Source of the DNA: Psammoneis japonica
Taxonomy: Eukaryota
Assembly (NCBI GenBank): GCA_008632985.1
Contig: QPGO01000008.1
Coordinates: forward strand, 724,979-788,978
Direction of reading: 5' to 3'
DNA length: 64,000 bases
This document shows positions 33,813 to 46,150 of the stretch, piece after piece. Numbering within the stretch: the first letter of the stretch is position 1; each line of letters opens with the position of its first letter. Under the pieces are notes generated by a model. It had not been told where the DNA came from. It did not search any database and saw only the letters and a list, made by a program, of their open reading frames with translations. A program made the translations under genes and the position numbers.

Positions 33813-35256
33813 ATGAATGAACACGAACGATTATGTGAGCTTCTTGCCAGAAGGGCCCCACGACTTCAAGACCTCTTGACATCAGAGGCTGAGAACATTG
33901 CAAACTGCGGCGATACCCTGTCTCACCTTATAGCAGAGAGTCTCCCCAATGTTTATGAAAATGACGACATTGCGCAGCTTTTACGAGATGAGCGTACTCT
34001 GCGCTTGTTTGTGGAAAAGGTTTCCGAAGCGACCATGAAACTCGGTATGCTCGGACAACAGCTTGGCTCTGCGGAAAATCGAACAGTCTGGTTGTCGCCG
34101 AATTGCATGGCCTGTAACACACCGTACGACAATGGTGGGTGCCAACACCCGGGGCAACCCACAGTAAGACGTATTGGTCTCGGTGATCCGTATGGTTGTG
34201 ACATTCTTCATCAGGCCGTCAAACTGTTGGCAGCTCTGGGACACTTGCTTGGGCACAACGATTGCCAAGAACTTGTCCGATTTGTGGTTCCCGAGCCTCC
34301 GGTAGGCACTAGTCCTGTGGCTTTTTGCCAGGCTGAAATGATGTCTGGCAGACAAGGTATTCTTTGTGTCATTCAGCTGTTTGCACTATTGGATAACGGC
34401 TCTAACGGATTCCCTAAAGCTGTCATGTACGCTTCTGGCTGTCTCTCTCTGGCCGTTTCTCGATGCCCTTCCAAAGCATTTGCCTTGATGGATCCGGAGC
34501 CCTTTTGTGAAGCCGTGTGCCGCTACCTTTCCAAAATTTTTGGTCTCATCAATAATAACCACTTGTATCGTGGAGGAAACCTTTGGTAGAGTCGCGCTCA
34601 CCAACATTTTGCCGCTCATGTATTGGATGGCGGACTGGCAGCAGTCACATATTCATATCCGTCAACGGCAGATTGCCGTTGCTTTGGTATCATCTGCCTT
34701 GAATGTGCTTCATAGCATTCATGCCGGGGAAGACGATGACCGCATTGATGTTCCGCCCAGCTATCACCAACTTCCAGAGCTACGGCCCGCCGTGAATTTC
34801 ATGTCGAGTATAATTGATCAAGACGGGAACAATCATCCCATGTCGTGGGTGGTAGCGGCCACGTTTGAAGTCTTGGGACGATGGTCCTTTCGGGGTATTC
34901 CCATTGGGACTGAAATGATGCCGACTACTGACACGGGTCATGATCCTGTGTCGTCTTGTATCGAGGAATACCTTCCTCGGCTCAGCGCACTCTCGCCGAC
35001 GGCCCGTCGTCTCGCCGAGCCAATCATGATAGCGCTGGCGTCGAATCAAACCCCGGCCTTGCCCCAACCAAGCATTTCCTTTCTTCGAAAGCCTCTGGAG
35101 AAAACGATTCTTCATTGTGCTCATTGTGGAAGTACCGAAAGAGTTTTTGCCTGTGGCGGTGGCTGCAAAGGACTCGCGCATTATTGCTCCCAGGACCACC
35201 AGCGCCGGCACTGGAAGATTCACAAGCATTTTTGCAAGGGGCAGAAATGGAATTAG
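33813..35256 (+). CDS. MYND zinc-finger protein with a reading-frame break at ~34510-34590
   Basis: Two overlapping ORFs. C-terminal CAHC...ACGGGC...YCSQDHQRRHWKIHKHFC. Confidence 0.7.
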
Positions 35257-36704
35257 ATCATGCATAGGGGGTGAGGGCGGCAAGGGGGCGACATGCTGTC
35301 ACTCAAACAGAATTGTATCTTTCATAGTTCCACGGTTTCTCCTGTCTTGATGACATCAACATCTAGTTGGCCATCTTAGAAAAGCTCTTTCTTTGGTGCT
35401 CAGTTCTTCGTCGTTCAGCTCGTTTTCCGTTTGAATGCGAACGCACTGCAAGACTCCAGGGTGTGCTGCACACTTTGTACTTGAGCACAAGCACTGCATA
35501 TCACTGTGTGACAGCTTGCACTCCAGCGACATGGCACCTTTTTTGTTTACATGTGGTTGTGTCAACAACTGGCAATGTGAGCAAACACCAACAAGAGGCA
35601 AGCAGTGCCACACTGCTGCTTGTCTCTCACAGACAGGTTTTTGGGTCCAGATGGACCGTTCTTTGCCACTGAAATCATTGTGCTTTAACCAGTTGAACTG
35701 TGGCCCAAATGCACAAATGGCCACAAACAGCAGCAGTTGACCAACAAAGAACTCCAACAGCTCTCTGTGAAGGAAACATCTGGAGCAGCAACAATCTCTG
35801 CAGAGAGCACACTGGCATCCATTCTCACCCTTGCTGTTCAGCCACAGTCCAGAGAGAAAACAGAAAGCACTCTTGAAACTGGCAAGGGAGCAGCCTGGAG
35901 CAAAGGCATGCAACATGGGACAAAGCATGCAAGAACCCAACCTGGCTTCATGCAACAAGTGTGGAAAATGTGAGGGCCAACAATGCCAGTTTGAAGAAAG
36001 ACAAGACCACCACAGCTTGTTTGGCAAGTTTGCCACACCATTTCACATTTGACACACTGTGCCAGCACATCTCTGCCCATCCATGACAATGCATGATGGA
36101 AAAAACAGAAAAAGAAAATGTCAATGAGCTTCTTTCTCTTGGCTGGAGCAGTTTGCACTTCTAAAAAATTAGAAAGTTGCAAAACAGCAACCCTCACTCT
36201 CTCAGCATTCATGGCAATTGCAAAGGCAGTGACCAGTGCAACAGGAAGATGTTGACTTTGGTGCTTCAGTGTTTGTGTGCTCTTTTCTTTTTTGCAATTG
36301 TCTTGCCCAAGCTGGGGGGAACCACAAGCCAAGCTCCGTGCTGCTTCAGCTCTTTTTGAAGGAGAAGAGTTGGGGCTGGTTGCCATTTCAACCTCTGATG
36401 CATCAGCAGCAGCACTGACCACACACCCATCTTTTGAATTCACAGGCAAAGTGGCCATGCTCCAAACACAGACTTGCAGCTGTGTCCGGAAACTGGCTGA
36501 GCAATTTGACATGCTCAGATTGTGCATGTTCAGGAGCAAAGCTTCCACACTCAACAGCAAAGCTTGCAGAGGAGGCACTGCAAATGTCTCATGCCTGAAG
36601 CACTGCACAACACCGCAAAAGTTTTTGCACACTTGACAGGGGGGCAAGAAATCATGCACACACATCTTTTCTGCTGGCCAAGCATTTGTGTGGATGCCGG
36701 CTCT

Positions 36705-36830
36705 CTCTCCCTGGGGAGACAATTTTGTGAAAGAGTCGTTGTTCCAGGGCCCATTGCAGCCAGAGCCTCTCCCTGGGGAGACAATTTTGTGAAAGAGTCA
36801 TTGTTCCAGGGCCCATTGCAGCCAGAGCCT
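36705..36830 (+). repeat. 62-bp tandem duplication
   Basis: Two copies differing by one CG/CA change. Confidence 0.9.
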
Positions 36831-39800
36831 GGGACAAATTTTTGCTGTGATCCTGTCACAAAATGCACAATTTTTATTTTACAACAAGTTTGCAGCACCA
36901 CGATCTCACACAGAAGCCTTGCTGGCATGTAAAAAAAACTCACCACAAAATTGTGCCAACAGAGAAAAAGCAGGCACCCACAACAGCAAATCAATGCTTG
37001 ACAAAAGCTCCCTCATTTGGTGTGCATTCCCATCTGTCAAGTGGGCAGCTGCTCAACAGGAGTTCACAGGTTTTTAAAAAGTGATGGGCCAATGGTTCTT
37101 TTCTTTAGTGGGCACACAGCACAACTTGACAGAGCTGCACATGGCATGCAGTGGAATCAGATGCAAACAGCCAAATCCAAAACCTCAAAATCTTGCCTTC
37201 TCTTGTCAGCAGCATTCTGGATTGTTGCATCAAAGAACAGTGTGCACAACTTTTTGCATGTGCCCAACCCTGCAGCACTGCAGAAGATGGGCCTGATGCC
37301 ACCAGAGAGATGTCACTGGAATCTGTTCAGGTGGAGCCAAAAACACCCCAATTTTAAAAATGACTTTGGTCAGAAGCAGCATTGGCAGCAAAACACATTG
37401 CTGTCTCTGCAGATGCTGATTGAGTGAACAAGAATGCAGCATGGGGCCCAGGAGTTGTGTGCAGCACACACTGCATTGTCCCCCCCCCCCCCCCTGCACC
37501 ACACAGCACACATGACTCTCTCTGCTCTGAAGCACTGGTGAAAACATTGATGTTCTTGTGCAGCTTTGCACTTAAAAGAAACTGGCAAAAATGAGTGTGA
37601 AAACCCTTGGTGCTTGGTTTGCTCTGGAGGACAGCAGGGCAGTCATTCAATGGACCATGATTGCCAGTGCATGCCAAGCTTGGGTGCTTCTTGGTGGCTT
37701 CATTGGACAACCTTGATGTTGAAAATGTTGCCATGCACAAATGATGCAAGATGCAACATTTGTCATTGGGTGGGACATCAAGATGTCCAAGCAAGTTCAT
37801 CACACAGGCTTGTGGAAAAGTGTCATTGTGGGGTGAGACTGTGCATCATCTGGGAGATGATGAACCAGAGGAGAGTCAGCTGGAGACTGGTTGGACTCCA
37901 GAGGGGAGCCAAGCATCATCACAGCACTGACCTCTGCATGCGCCATTTTGTTGCATCATTCTCTGGGATGGCAAGGGCTTTAGATCCATTGAGAAGAGAG
38001 GTCTGCAGCAATGGGGCTGTTGGACTGACTCAAAAAATGAGGGAAGTGTTTGCGCTTGCAGCGACAGTCTGACAAATGGCGCTCTGGATGTGTGACATGG
38101 GTTGCAAACTTCAAGTGCTTCTTGATGAACACAGTCATCTCCCTTTTGTTGTCTGATGAAGACTTGCACCAAAGATGTGGGCATGCACCACCAGCTGCAA
38201 AAACACCTTGAATTGATTGCAGCAACCCGCAAGAGAAAGGTCACCTTGACATGGGTGGCACTCAACACAACCAGCAGCCTTGTCACAGAAGGCAGAGTGC
38301 ACTTGAAAAGGGATTTTTTTCAAGGCTCTGCAGCCATCTGCACAGCATGAAGCACAAAGGTGGTGAAGCTTTCAGTTCTTGGAGAACATGACTGTGTGGG
38401 AGACAAGAGCTTGGAGATGGCATGAGCAGTGGTGCTGATGCAAAGCACACAAGTGTGCTGGGGAAAATCATCAGCAGACAAGTTGCCAATGGCAAATCTC
38501 CAATTTCCATCCATGGTTTTGCTTGAAATGCCACAAAGGATGGATGTGATGTCCACATGCCAAAGACTGATGTTGACAACTCTGATGCCATTGACAGATG
38601 CCATGCAAAGAGTCGTCATGTGACAGATGCTCAGTTCATGAATCAGAGGTTTGTGATCTGGGGTAGACTGCATCACAAGCAACAAGCCATCTGCCAGAAT
38701 GAGACAATCAGAGATGTTGTCAAGATGCCACAGATCACCACCTTCACAATGTGACAAGGAGCTCTTGGAGTGAAAACCTTGCAAGCAACCTTGTCGGCAA
38801 AGTGCTCCTCACAAACATCCTCAGAGGTGTGGGGAGCCCAGATTGAAGAGATGTTTGAACAACAAAGTTGCAGTGGGGGTCTTGGAGAGCAAAGAGCTGC
38901 CAGATGGAGGTGTCTTTGAGGCAGCACAGAGTTGTTGTTCAGTGCATCAACAAGATCCTTCATGTCAACAATGGCAGATGTGCAGCAGGAGTTGCTGGTG
39001 GAGCTTTGCAAGCATTCTTGGGTGGATGAGGGGTTGCAGAAAACTTGTTCCAATTGCAGTGTGATTGCTGCATGTTGGGGTCAAATTGAACATGCAAGAT
39101 GTTGACTATGATGACGACCTTTGTTTGACATGCCTGCAGAGTGAGTTTGATCTTAGAACCCAACATCTGTTGTCAAGGCAGGTGGGGTGGGCTGTCATTT
39201 GGCATTGGAGCTTGGACCTTGAAGAGAGCATGCTGCACAAAAGTCATGCAATGTTGGCAGAGTCTGACAAATCATTTGGTGTGCGATGGACTCCTTTGTG
39301 ATGGGCTTGCAAAGAAGTTGTGAAACATTGTCCTTGCTTTGGGTGTGTTTGTGGTCATCAAAAAATGGCTGCAAGTCAAAAGTCTTGCCAAAGCAAACAA
39401 CATTGACATGCACCCAAAGGCCTCCAGCTGAATTTTGCATGCACAGCAAACTGCTGGGCATCTAAAACAACAAGGGTGTCATGACATCTTTTCCTGTCTT
39501 GGATGGTGCCATGGTTGAGGTGCATGAAATTTTTGGTCATGAACAGCATGCAGAAGTGTGCATCATGGTTCTGTGGGGCCTGCGCGCCAATGAAAACACT
39601 TCCAGGATAAAAATGCAACAGGCTTGTTCCACTCTCAAACCAACAAATGCATCAAGGCACAAGTTGGTGCACAGAAGACATGCATTGCAACAAGGCCACA
39701 ACCTGACAGAGTGGCAACATTGGCAAGAACAACAAGCACATGGGACCTCCATGCAAGCTGGTGACAGTGATGACATGTGCACTGGCAAGAAAGAGTGAGA

Positions 39801-40834
39801 AGCAGACCTCAGACAGATCTGCTTGTCTGCCCAATCTAGATGCCTGACCATCATCCACACACTGTCTTGACATGTGAAGCAGGAGAGCAGGTCAACTGAC
39901 AGCTCCCTCATTTGTTGCATGTGTTTCTCTCTGTTGAGTGGGGAGCTGCTCAAAAGGAGCACTGCAAGTTTTAAGGGTGATGACAAGGTGCTGCTGGTGC
40001 TGAACTTTCTTCTTTGGCAGGTGCACAGTGCAACTCAATGGCTGTGAAGCATGTGGTGGCATCAGATGTGAGCAGCTGAGTCCAAAACCTCAGAATTTTG
40101 CCTTCTCTTGTCACCAGCATTCTGGAGGTGACAACCATGCCAAAGAAGAGTGTTTGCAACTTTTCATGTGTCTGACCCACCAACTGCCTCATGCTCTGAG
40201 TGGGTGGTTGAGTTCAGGCAGGTTGACAGACTGCAGCTGGTGATCGCAGTTGTGAGAACACATTTCTGAGTCACAGCTCATTTGGCTGGGAAATGTTTGG
40301 TCTTGTGAAAGCTGTGGCACCACTGTGCACTTCATGCAGCTGAATGAGTGTGTTCATCCATGAACAAAAAATGCCACTCCAAAGCACACTGCACTCAGTC
40401 TTCATGTGTCTCACAGTGCAGCAAGATGTTGATGGCCAGTCACTGCACAACATCTCTTTGTTGATCAACTGCAGTTGACACACTTGGCAACTCTGCCAGT
40501 GCCTCTGCTTGCTAAATTGAGTGAGTGTGAGCTCACATGGACATGCACAATGTGCACTTCTGCAACTCTGGCTTCATCTCTGACAAAGTTTGAGAAGTTC
40601 ATCATGGGATGATGCAGCTGGTGGTGTCTGCCAGCAGGCAGTGTCGCGTGTTCTTGCTGCACCACAGCTGCACAGCACCATGCACTAAAGACAACAGGTT
40701 GCTGCTGGAGAAGCTGCTGGAATCTGCTCAGGTGGAACAAGACACAGATTTTAAATGACACTGGTCAGAACAAGCAGGCAGCGGCAGCAGCAAAACAAGC
40801 TGCTGCCCCACCCTTTGCACACACAGCACTGATT

Positions 40835-40932
40835 GAGTGCCCCCATCAAGAAAATGGCATGGGGCCCTGGAGTTGTGTCGCTGAGAGCCCCCAACAAGAA
40901 AACAGCATGGGGCCTTGGAGTTGTGTGCCCAG
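40835..40932 (+). repeat. 48-bp diverged tandem duplication
   Basis: GCATGGGGCC(C/T)TGGAGTTGTGT repeated at 48-bp spacing. Confidence 0.8.
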
Positions 40933-41282
40933 AGTGATTTTCCACCCACAAAGCTCTCTGCATGGGGGCACTTGTTGTTGCGAACAAATTGCTGATGCTC
41001 GGACCCTGTCGGCAGTTCTTCTTGTGGCACTTGTTGTGTTGTGAAAAATTGCTGCTGGTGCTCTGACCCTGCCCATGGTTGTGGATTGAAAAGACACTCA
41101 GGAGTGACCAAGCTTGTCACAGGCAGCTGCTGGAAAGAGCAGTGCAATTTGATTTGATGTGATCAGAATCCCAAAGAATCGAGGGATTTTGGGATGTCTG
41201 CGATTGCTGCTTCAATCCTCCCCTGCTGCCCACCCGTGTGGCCGGCACCCACTGCACCCACCTCTGCCAGTGGCTCTTTAGG

Positions 41283-41368
41283 CTACTGCTAGAGTAGAGA
41301 GTAGAGTGCCGGTAGCTACTTCTACTCTCTGCTGCCGGTGCTGCTAGAGAGTAGAGAGAGAGAGTAGA
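41283..41368. repeat. TAGAG/CTCTA-rich low-complexity tract
   Basis: Repeated TAGAG(AG) and CTAC units. Confidence 0.75.
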
Positions 41369-42778
41369 GCCACGGCTTTCCGTCCCAGCTTCGTGATGCC
41401 ACGTGTAAAAATTAACCCCCCGTTTTTAACCAAATACCCACCTCGATCGACTAACAGTATACAGATACGAAGTTCAGCACACTTTTGGGGGCTTACAATG
41501 GGGGTGAACGTTAGTCACTAACCAATCACTAAATGTTGACTCTCGCACTTGCCCGTGTGATAAAGGTGCTCCACGAAAAGTTAGTTCTATTTTGAAACAC
41601 CAGATACCATGAACAATACATACCTGTTACATTCTCGCAAGACATCCGTTTAAAGAGTATGAGACCGATAATGCTCATATCTTGTGTATTTTGTGGCTCT
41701 AGCTGGGGTCAAAAGTCTAGCTAATTCTACCAAAATTTTGAGTCGAGTGGGTCATACGGGATTCAAGACACGTGACTCGCCGTACGATGAAGTGAAATTG
41801 ACCCGTTCTCGACACCGAGATTAGATGATAACATCATCACAAACCGATTTTATGGCAATGTTCTACTTTCTAATTTGTCTTTGACCTCGTGACAACTATA
41901 TCTGACCTCGTTCATGCCATAAATGGGTGAAGCAATCCACGAATGCTCACTCACATGCCACACTTTTCTATTTTCAGATTTGACATTTGTGTCTTTGCGG
42001 TCAATCTAGAGCACATGCAAGCACCAGGGAGGAGCTCTATTCACTGCCATTTATCATTCTATAGAATAAGAGCATCAGAACATTTTGTCAACCATGTTTG
42101 ACTGCTTTTTTCTTGAACCGTGCGCCAACTTCATTCTTCATTTTCACTCTCACCCGCCCAACTCTCTCCCATTCAAGAATGCTTGGCTGAATGCATTGCA
42201 GTTGCTTTGTCAAAGTCTTCAAAAATGCTCGTCTGGTCAATGCCATTGATCAAATGAGCTTGACGATGTGACGACGACGTTGGATTCGTCGATGTGCTCA
42301 CGCAACAAGAGTTGCCTGCAGCGGCAAGAAAGTTGAGTGAGACAACAAGTGGTGAGCCTTGGATGCATTGACAGCACCATTTTGATTTTCAATTTACTTG
42401 CCTTTTTATAAACTCGGACTTTAACTCAGTGGGTGCCGAATGTCCGGCAAATGGTGAGCTGATGCGTCGTCTGCATGCAACATGGCGTCACGAACGGGTG
42501 CAACGGCGTGTTTGCATAAAACTCAACTCGCCGCCCTTCTCTGATGGTCCCTTTACAACCCCAAATGAAAGACAGTGTAATGAACCTGCTGCAGTGATGG
42601 GACTAGAAACGACGATTGTTTGGACACCTTGTCTGCCGCGTCCACAGCATGTTGTCACCGCGGTGATGGTCTGCACGCTAATCCGGAGCGCGCCTGCCGT
42701 GCCAGTTTGAAGTTACTCGAGGCCTGGGCGGGTAGGGCCCTCTAGAGAGGAGTCTATCTCCGGCCGCGCCGCGGCTCC

Positions 42779-42938
42779 GTGGAGATTTGCTCTACTTAAG
42801 GATGTGTGACGTGTCATGCAATTTTATAATAATATAATGAACATATTATAAAAATGTCATGTCGCGTAGAATCTACGTAAAGTATACCACGTGCATTTAC
42901 TTATTGGGAGCAAATCTCCACCGGTGGAGATTTGCTCC
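42779..42938. mobile_element. Small MITE-like element with a 32-bp perfect palindrome at its right end
   Basis: GTGGAGATTTGCTC (42779-42792) is inverted at 42908-42921 and repeated again to 42938. AT-rich core. Confidence 0.6.
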
Positions 42939-43307
42939 AAGGGTGTGGTATTATTGGTCTATTTGCGATAGTAATTCATGATAACCTCCATTGTTAAAGG
43001 TTGAGATTTAGTTCCTCTCTATTCATAGATGTAGCTTGCAAAAAACCCGGTGTTAAAAGTCGACATTGAACTTTCTAAATTATTACAAAAAGGGTTCCCC
43101 GAGATTTTCGGCGAATGCGCGTTCCAAAACAAAATCGCGCGAATTTAATATTATACATATCTTAAATTACTTCATTTACTATATTTGTGACGTAAGGGAG
43201 CAAATCAGGAGTTAGGAGCGGTCTGTAACTGGTACGGGAAGCAGAGAGAAAGACTATGCGAGAGCACGCGATGGCGGTGCAGAGTGACGACTCAACCGTA
43301 CAGTAGC

Positions 43308-44603
43308 ATGTTTGACGGTATTCCCAAGGGTGCGGGTGTCCCCGTCGCTGCCGCAGCCATTGTTGCGTCATGGTTATATCTTCGTCGTCCCAGTAGAGGC
43401 AAGCTTGCGATCGAATCTCAGTACGAGCGACCAACGTTTCCTCTTGCCATTCGAATCATCGCGAAGCTCCCGACATTCCTAAGACGTCCTTTATTGATTA
43501 AAGGAACCGCTCCGGAACCGCCCCGGGATGGAGTCGACCTTATCAATGAAGAATACAATCCCTTCGAAATCACAGAAATTGTTAAAGGCAAGATTTGGAG
43601 AGTTCGGTATCATTATGCCAATGATCAAAAAGTCCAAGACGCTATTGAAGAATTGTTCGGCATTGACATGACTGATAAGAAGTCCATCTTGACTCGTATC
43701 GAAGACCCAAACACTCGAAAGAACGTCGAAGCTCACATGGATCGCACCGCGGAACTCAAAACAAAGTGTCAGGGTCTCACCATGGACGAGAAAAAACGAC
43801 ACGAGATTGAGGCTGGATGTCATGTCTCTCAAGACATGTTGGTAGCTCGTTTGTCTGACGATGAGAGCCTTTTGATTTACAATCCTTGCCGCATGCACAA
43901 ACCAATTATTGAATTCCTGAAAACTCTTGGGCAAGTAAAGTACATTGTATCTGGGAGCAGCGTGCATACCAACCAATTGCCACAAGCCGCAGCTGTGTTC
44001 GAGGATGCAAAGATTATCTGCGCTGGAGTAGCTGAAGTCAAGTGCATGAGCGTTGGGATGCGACAGGCCGATTTCTTATACACGGAGCATGACAATGGTC
44101 CACGGGGCTATTCAAAAATGGAAAAAGAGTTAGCGGAGCTCGGTGCAAAGTGTTTTCATGTTGTTGGAGATGTTTCGACGCAAGCGCTGGTGGTGATTGT
44201 AAAGGATCACTTGTTTGACACTGACTTGTCTTGCTATGGAAACGGAATGCGTCTTCTCTATTCTGACGATGACGAATGGAAGGAGCCGCCTCCTGATTTT
44301 GGCTTTCAACAGATACTATACTTTGCAACCATTGCAAATTCGTCAGTTCCTGGTTTCCTACCTGACTTTCGCGTCATGGCCATGGATCCATCCTCGGAGG
44401 CTGTGAAATTAGCCCTCGAGGAGCCAGATGCTGATTCATGTCACATCATGGCGGACTCACTTCGACAACTGCTTAAGCTCGATTTCGCCTACGTTGACAA
44501 TGTGCATTCGAGAAAGCACGGTTCTCTTCCAGCTTCGGAATTCAAAGAATTTGTGGAGCATGCTTGGAAGTGGCTAGATGGGAAGAGCCTTTTGGAAAAA
44601 TAG
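43308..44603 (+). CDS. Uncharacterised protein, DUF4336-like / metallo-beta-lactamase-like fold
   Basis: Long intronless ORF. MLVARLSDDESLLIYNP...LGQVKYIVSGSSVH pattern. N-terminal TM segment. Confidence 0.65.
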   Translation: MFDGIPKGAGVPVAAAAIVASWLYLRRPSRGKLAIESQYERPTFPLAIRIIAKLPTFLRRPLLIKGTAPEPPRDGVDLINEEYNPFEITEIVKGKIWRVRYHYANDQKVQDAIEELFGIDMTDKKSILTRIEDPNTRKNVEAHMDRTAELKTKCQGLTMDEKKRHEIEAGCHVSQDMLVARLSDDESLLIYNPCRMHKPIIEFLKTLGQVKYIVSGSSVHTNQLPQAAAVFEDAKIICAGVAEVKCMSVGMRQADFLYTEHDNGPRGYSKMEKELAELGAKCFHVVGDVSTQALVVIVKDHLFDTDLSCYGNGMRLLYSDDDEWKEPPPDFGFQQILYFATIANSSVPGFLPDFRVMAMDPSSEAVKLALEEPDADSCHIMADSLRQLLKLDFAYVDNVHSRKHGSLPASEFKEFVEHAWKWLDGKSLLEK

Positions 44604-45118
44604 CGATGCTACCGAGAGCTCAAGGAATGGGAGGGCCACAAGAATAAACCAAATCCTAAGGTAGAAAATGTCCTGCAGTAGTGGACTCATGAATCGTTTT
44701 ACAGTAAAATTTTGAAATAACAATGCATTTTGAAGTCAAGCCATTACGCACCAGATTACTCGTATTTGAGGGCTGGTGGGTTACATCCAGTCGCTTTCAC
44801 GCTATCACCTCCAAAATGCAGGCTGGACCAGTTGCTTGTCGCGTCGAAACACAGTGTGACGAACACTGGCTCCATCCAACGCAGCACGCTCTAATCTACA
44901 TAAGAGACAATTTTGGAGTAAGGTTAGAAGTAGCTACCCTGGCAAAAGGAAAATAAGTCTGGAAACACACAGCCTATTGAAGTGCCAACAAATCGGCCAT
45001 ATTCAGGTGCATCCCGCCCGCAATCTCAACAAGCACAACAAATGCACAGACGGCGCTGTGTAATTACACTATGGAATGTTTGTCACGGACTGGATGTCGG
45101 GGCCGCTGGAATAGAAAG

Positions 45119-46150
45119 TTAGAACATTAGAAGCACAATGGTGCTCGCAATGGTGCTAGCAGCACCGATCTCAGCAGCCATCTTGCTCACACCAGAACCA
45201 CCATATCCGACGCCAGCTTCAGGATCCCAGAATATGCTAGTTGCCTGGCGAGCTCCGGGATCAACGAAGGAAAAGGCGACGGACTGATCGGAGTCTCCTC
45301 TAGTCGGAGAGGTGGCCACAACCTGAACAGTGGCAGCTGGAACCGTTGAGTTCGTAGAAGTGTCCAAACGGCGTGAACCCGCCAGTATCAATCGCTTCGC
45401 TAAAGTTTCAATAATAAAGTCATCAGCCCATCATCTTCTTTGTCTTCGTACTCAACTTCTTCAGACCTGCTAGATTATTCAATCTCTGTCACAAGAGCGA
45501 CGTACGTGTCACTGCGCAAGGACGGGAAGTTATAAAGGCTGAAATCTGAAATCGATCTTCATCATCTTGCTTGCCGTCACTCCTTGTCCAATGTTACGGC
45601 TTGCAGCTGTCGTCGTATCAGCACAACTTATCGTGAACGTGAAAGTAACATATCCATCGGTGATGGAGGCATTGAAACTAGCGATGGTACCATCATCTTC
45701 AACATAAGAAAAGAAATCCCAGCTAGAAAGTGGTAACCTCTGGACGATCTGCAAACATATATCGATGAGCAAAATGGTACGCTGATTTCATGGTCGGGAG
45801 AAAATGCAAGCGATTATTATGGAAGGAGATAGAACGGAGTTCTGAAAGTCAACCTACCTGGTTGCTTTCCCAGTCCAAAGCCTCGTCAGAAACACAATCT
45901 ACGATTTCGTCAAATAAGATCTTAAAACTCATTCTCGGTTCCGTTTCTTTCTCTTCGGTCTCGATGTCTTCCTCGTACACCACCTTGACTTTGATAGCGC
46001 TGCCAGCAGCCTTATGGTACCTTGAATGTGTTTTCATATTCGATCCCCGTCCCTTCGCCATCATCTTCAATTTCGGATTCGCATTCAAACGAAATATCAA
46101 ATGGGTCTGTAAAACGAAATACAAAAGCATAGGAGTGAGACACCATTCCA
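45119..46150 (-). pseudogene. Fragmented gene for a secreted or surface protein with a C-terminal hydrophobic tail
   Basis: Three protein-like ORF pieces in different frames (SFKILFDEIVD; VTFTFTIS...MKIDF; IFWDPEAGVGY) separated by stops and frameshifts. Confidence 0.55.

Larger units (their letters stand above)
35400..41275. mobile_element. Repeat block 3: unclassified, heavily mutated repeats with internal diverged duplications
   Basis: TpA/CpG-depleted. ~37050-37500 is homologous to parts of ~39960-40900 (shared TCCAAAACCTC...TTGCCTTCTCTTGTCA...CAGCATTCTGGA). No recognisable domain. Confidence 0.55.

Noticed and set aside
29695..36830. Direct repeats as a CRISPR-like array
   Set aside because: They are two-copy tandem duplications without spacers, in a eukaryotic context with no cas genes.
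1700..41275. Hundreds of overlapping Cys/His-rich ORFs that could be read as novel metal-binding proteins or as an alternative genetic code
   Set aside because: They follow from loss of TAA/TAG stops and Tyr codons in all six frames. Neighbouring real genes use the standard code and contain Tyr.
41370..42740. Possible Harbinger-like non-autonomous element
   Set aside because: Terminal similarity is too weak and there is no clear TSD or coding remnant. Left as unexplained non-coding DNA.
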